In this document: piece by piece, positions 63,074-64,000 of the stretch | Numbering within the stretch: position 1 is the stretch's first letter | Layout of the letters: every line of letters begins with the position of its first letter | Source of the DNA: Nannocystis bainbridge | Lineage (GTDB): Bacteria > Myxococcota_A > Polyangia > Nannocystales > Nannocystaceae | Assembly (NCBI RefSeq): GCF_028368995.1 | Contig: NZ_JAQNDL010000004.1 | Location: 608,001 to 672,000, forward strand | Reading direction: 5' to 3' | DNA: 64,000 nt | Position numbers and translations under genes: made by a program | The notes under the pieces: model-generated | Database searches by the model: none | The model's input: the letters and a program-made list of their open reading frames with translations, nothing else | What the model was told of the DNA's origin: nothing

Positions 63074-64000
63074 TCAGACGCGCAGCTCGGCGCTCGGGCG
63101 CGGCACGGCGAGGTCGTCGAGCAAGGCGCGGGCGCACGGGAGCACGACCGAGCGCATGCACTGGGCGGCCAGGGCGATGCGCTCGGCGGCGGGGAGGCGG
63201 CCGTGGCGGCGCAGGAGGGCCGGTTCGAGGCGGTCGGGCGGAGGCGCGGCGATCTGGACGGTGAGGGCCTCGGCGACGGCGCGGCGCAGGCCGGGGCCGC
63301 CGCGCGACAGGGCCCACTGGACGGTGCGCCAGGCCAGCGCGGCGTGGCGCCCCTCGTCGGCGGCGATCCGGCGCAGGGTGGCGGCGAGGGCCGGATCGTC
63401 ACATGTCCTCGCGGCCAGGTCGAGCTCGGCCGCGGCGAGGGTCTCGCCGACGCAGCCCTCGCGCACGACGGCGGCGACGAGGGCTGCCAGATCGCCGGGA
63501 CCTTCGAGGGCGCCGGCCACGGCCAGCGGCCCGGGGCCGAGCGGGGCGCCGGCGTAAGCACCGGCGATGGCGAAGGCGAGGCGAGCGTGCAGGACCTCGT
63601 CGAGCTGGGCGGCGCAGGCCTCGTGGACCAGGGCGGGCGGGGCGGCGTGGGCGAGCAGCTGCAGGCTGAAGCGCGCGAACGAGGCGACCGAGGCGTGTTC
63701 GGCGAGGGCGTCGGCGGTCCACAGCGCCGCGAGCTCGGCGCGAGCGGCCGCGTCGAGGCCGGCGACGAAGGCGGGGGCGGGGCCGCCGGCGTCGGCGTGC
63801 CAGTCGCGGCGATCGATCGCCGCGGCGGTGCGAGCTGTCCCTTCGACCAGGAAGGGGCGGCCGTCGGTGCAGTTCCAGCTGTACTCGATCACGTGGCAGC
63901 ACTGGCCCTCGATGGTGAACGGGCCGCACGCGAGCTTGAAGCCGAAGTCGGGGCACACTTCGGGGAGCGAGCCGAGGCAGTCGGGCGCGCACGCGTCACA
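63074..64000 (-). CDS. Ferritin-like domain protein with Cys-rich N-terminus (5' end outside the window)
   Basis: GRPF, EHASVASFARF, DEVLHA, EGCVGET and IAADEGRHA diiron-type ExxH motifs; the frame stays open to the window edge. Confidence 0.82.
   Translation of the reverse strand, partial: CDACAPDCLGSLPEVCPDFGFKLACGPFTIEGQCCHVIEYSWNCTDGRPFLVEGTARTAAAIDRRDWHADAGGPAPAFVAGLDAAARAELAALWTADALAEHASVASFARFSLQLLAHAAPPALVHEACAAQLDEVLHARLAFAIAGAYAGAPLGPGPLAVAGALEGPGDLAALVAAVVREGCVGETLAAAELDLAARTCDDPALAATLRRIAADEGRHAALAWRTVQWALSRGGPGLRRAVAEALTVQIAAPPPDRLEPALLRRHGRLPAAERIALAAQCMRSVVLPCARALLDDLAVPRPSAELRV

Overview
Very GC-rich 64 kb window that looks like a myxobacterial (Nannocystis-like) chromosome; this is inferred from the Thr/Gly/Asp-rich lipoprotein N-termini, Myxococcus-type Cys-rich repeats, a Hanks Ser/Thr kinase and RsbR-like STAS proteins. 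About 52 protein genes can be supported. I saw no rRNA, tRNA, CRISPR array, transposase or integrase. Most long ORFs in the supplied track are antisense or off-frame shadows. The most striking signal is non-coding: a degenerate 14-bp palindrome, consensus TGTCC-N4-GGACA, found by eye at roughly 25-30 loci. It forms head-to-tail arrays of 2-7 units at a near-strict 14-bp period just downstream of stop codons and between convergent genes. It also occurs inside genes, where it forces rare A/T-ending codons. Other notable items: (1) an overlapping gene pair encoding an intact Hsp90-like GHKL ATPase and a 1524-aa partner with a degenerate GHKL domain; (2) a kinase / VKOR-DsbA / OmpA-like / microprotein / TlpA operon next to tandem Cys-rich surface proteins with divergent tips; (3) a beta-barrel plus beta-propeller lipoprotein operon with a 20-bp perfect inverted repeat in its leader and a frameshifting deletion in one paralog; (4) an XylR-type regulator that lacks GAFTGA. 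All family assignments come from motif recognition by eye, not from database searches.
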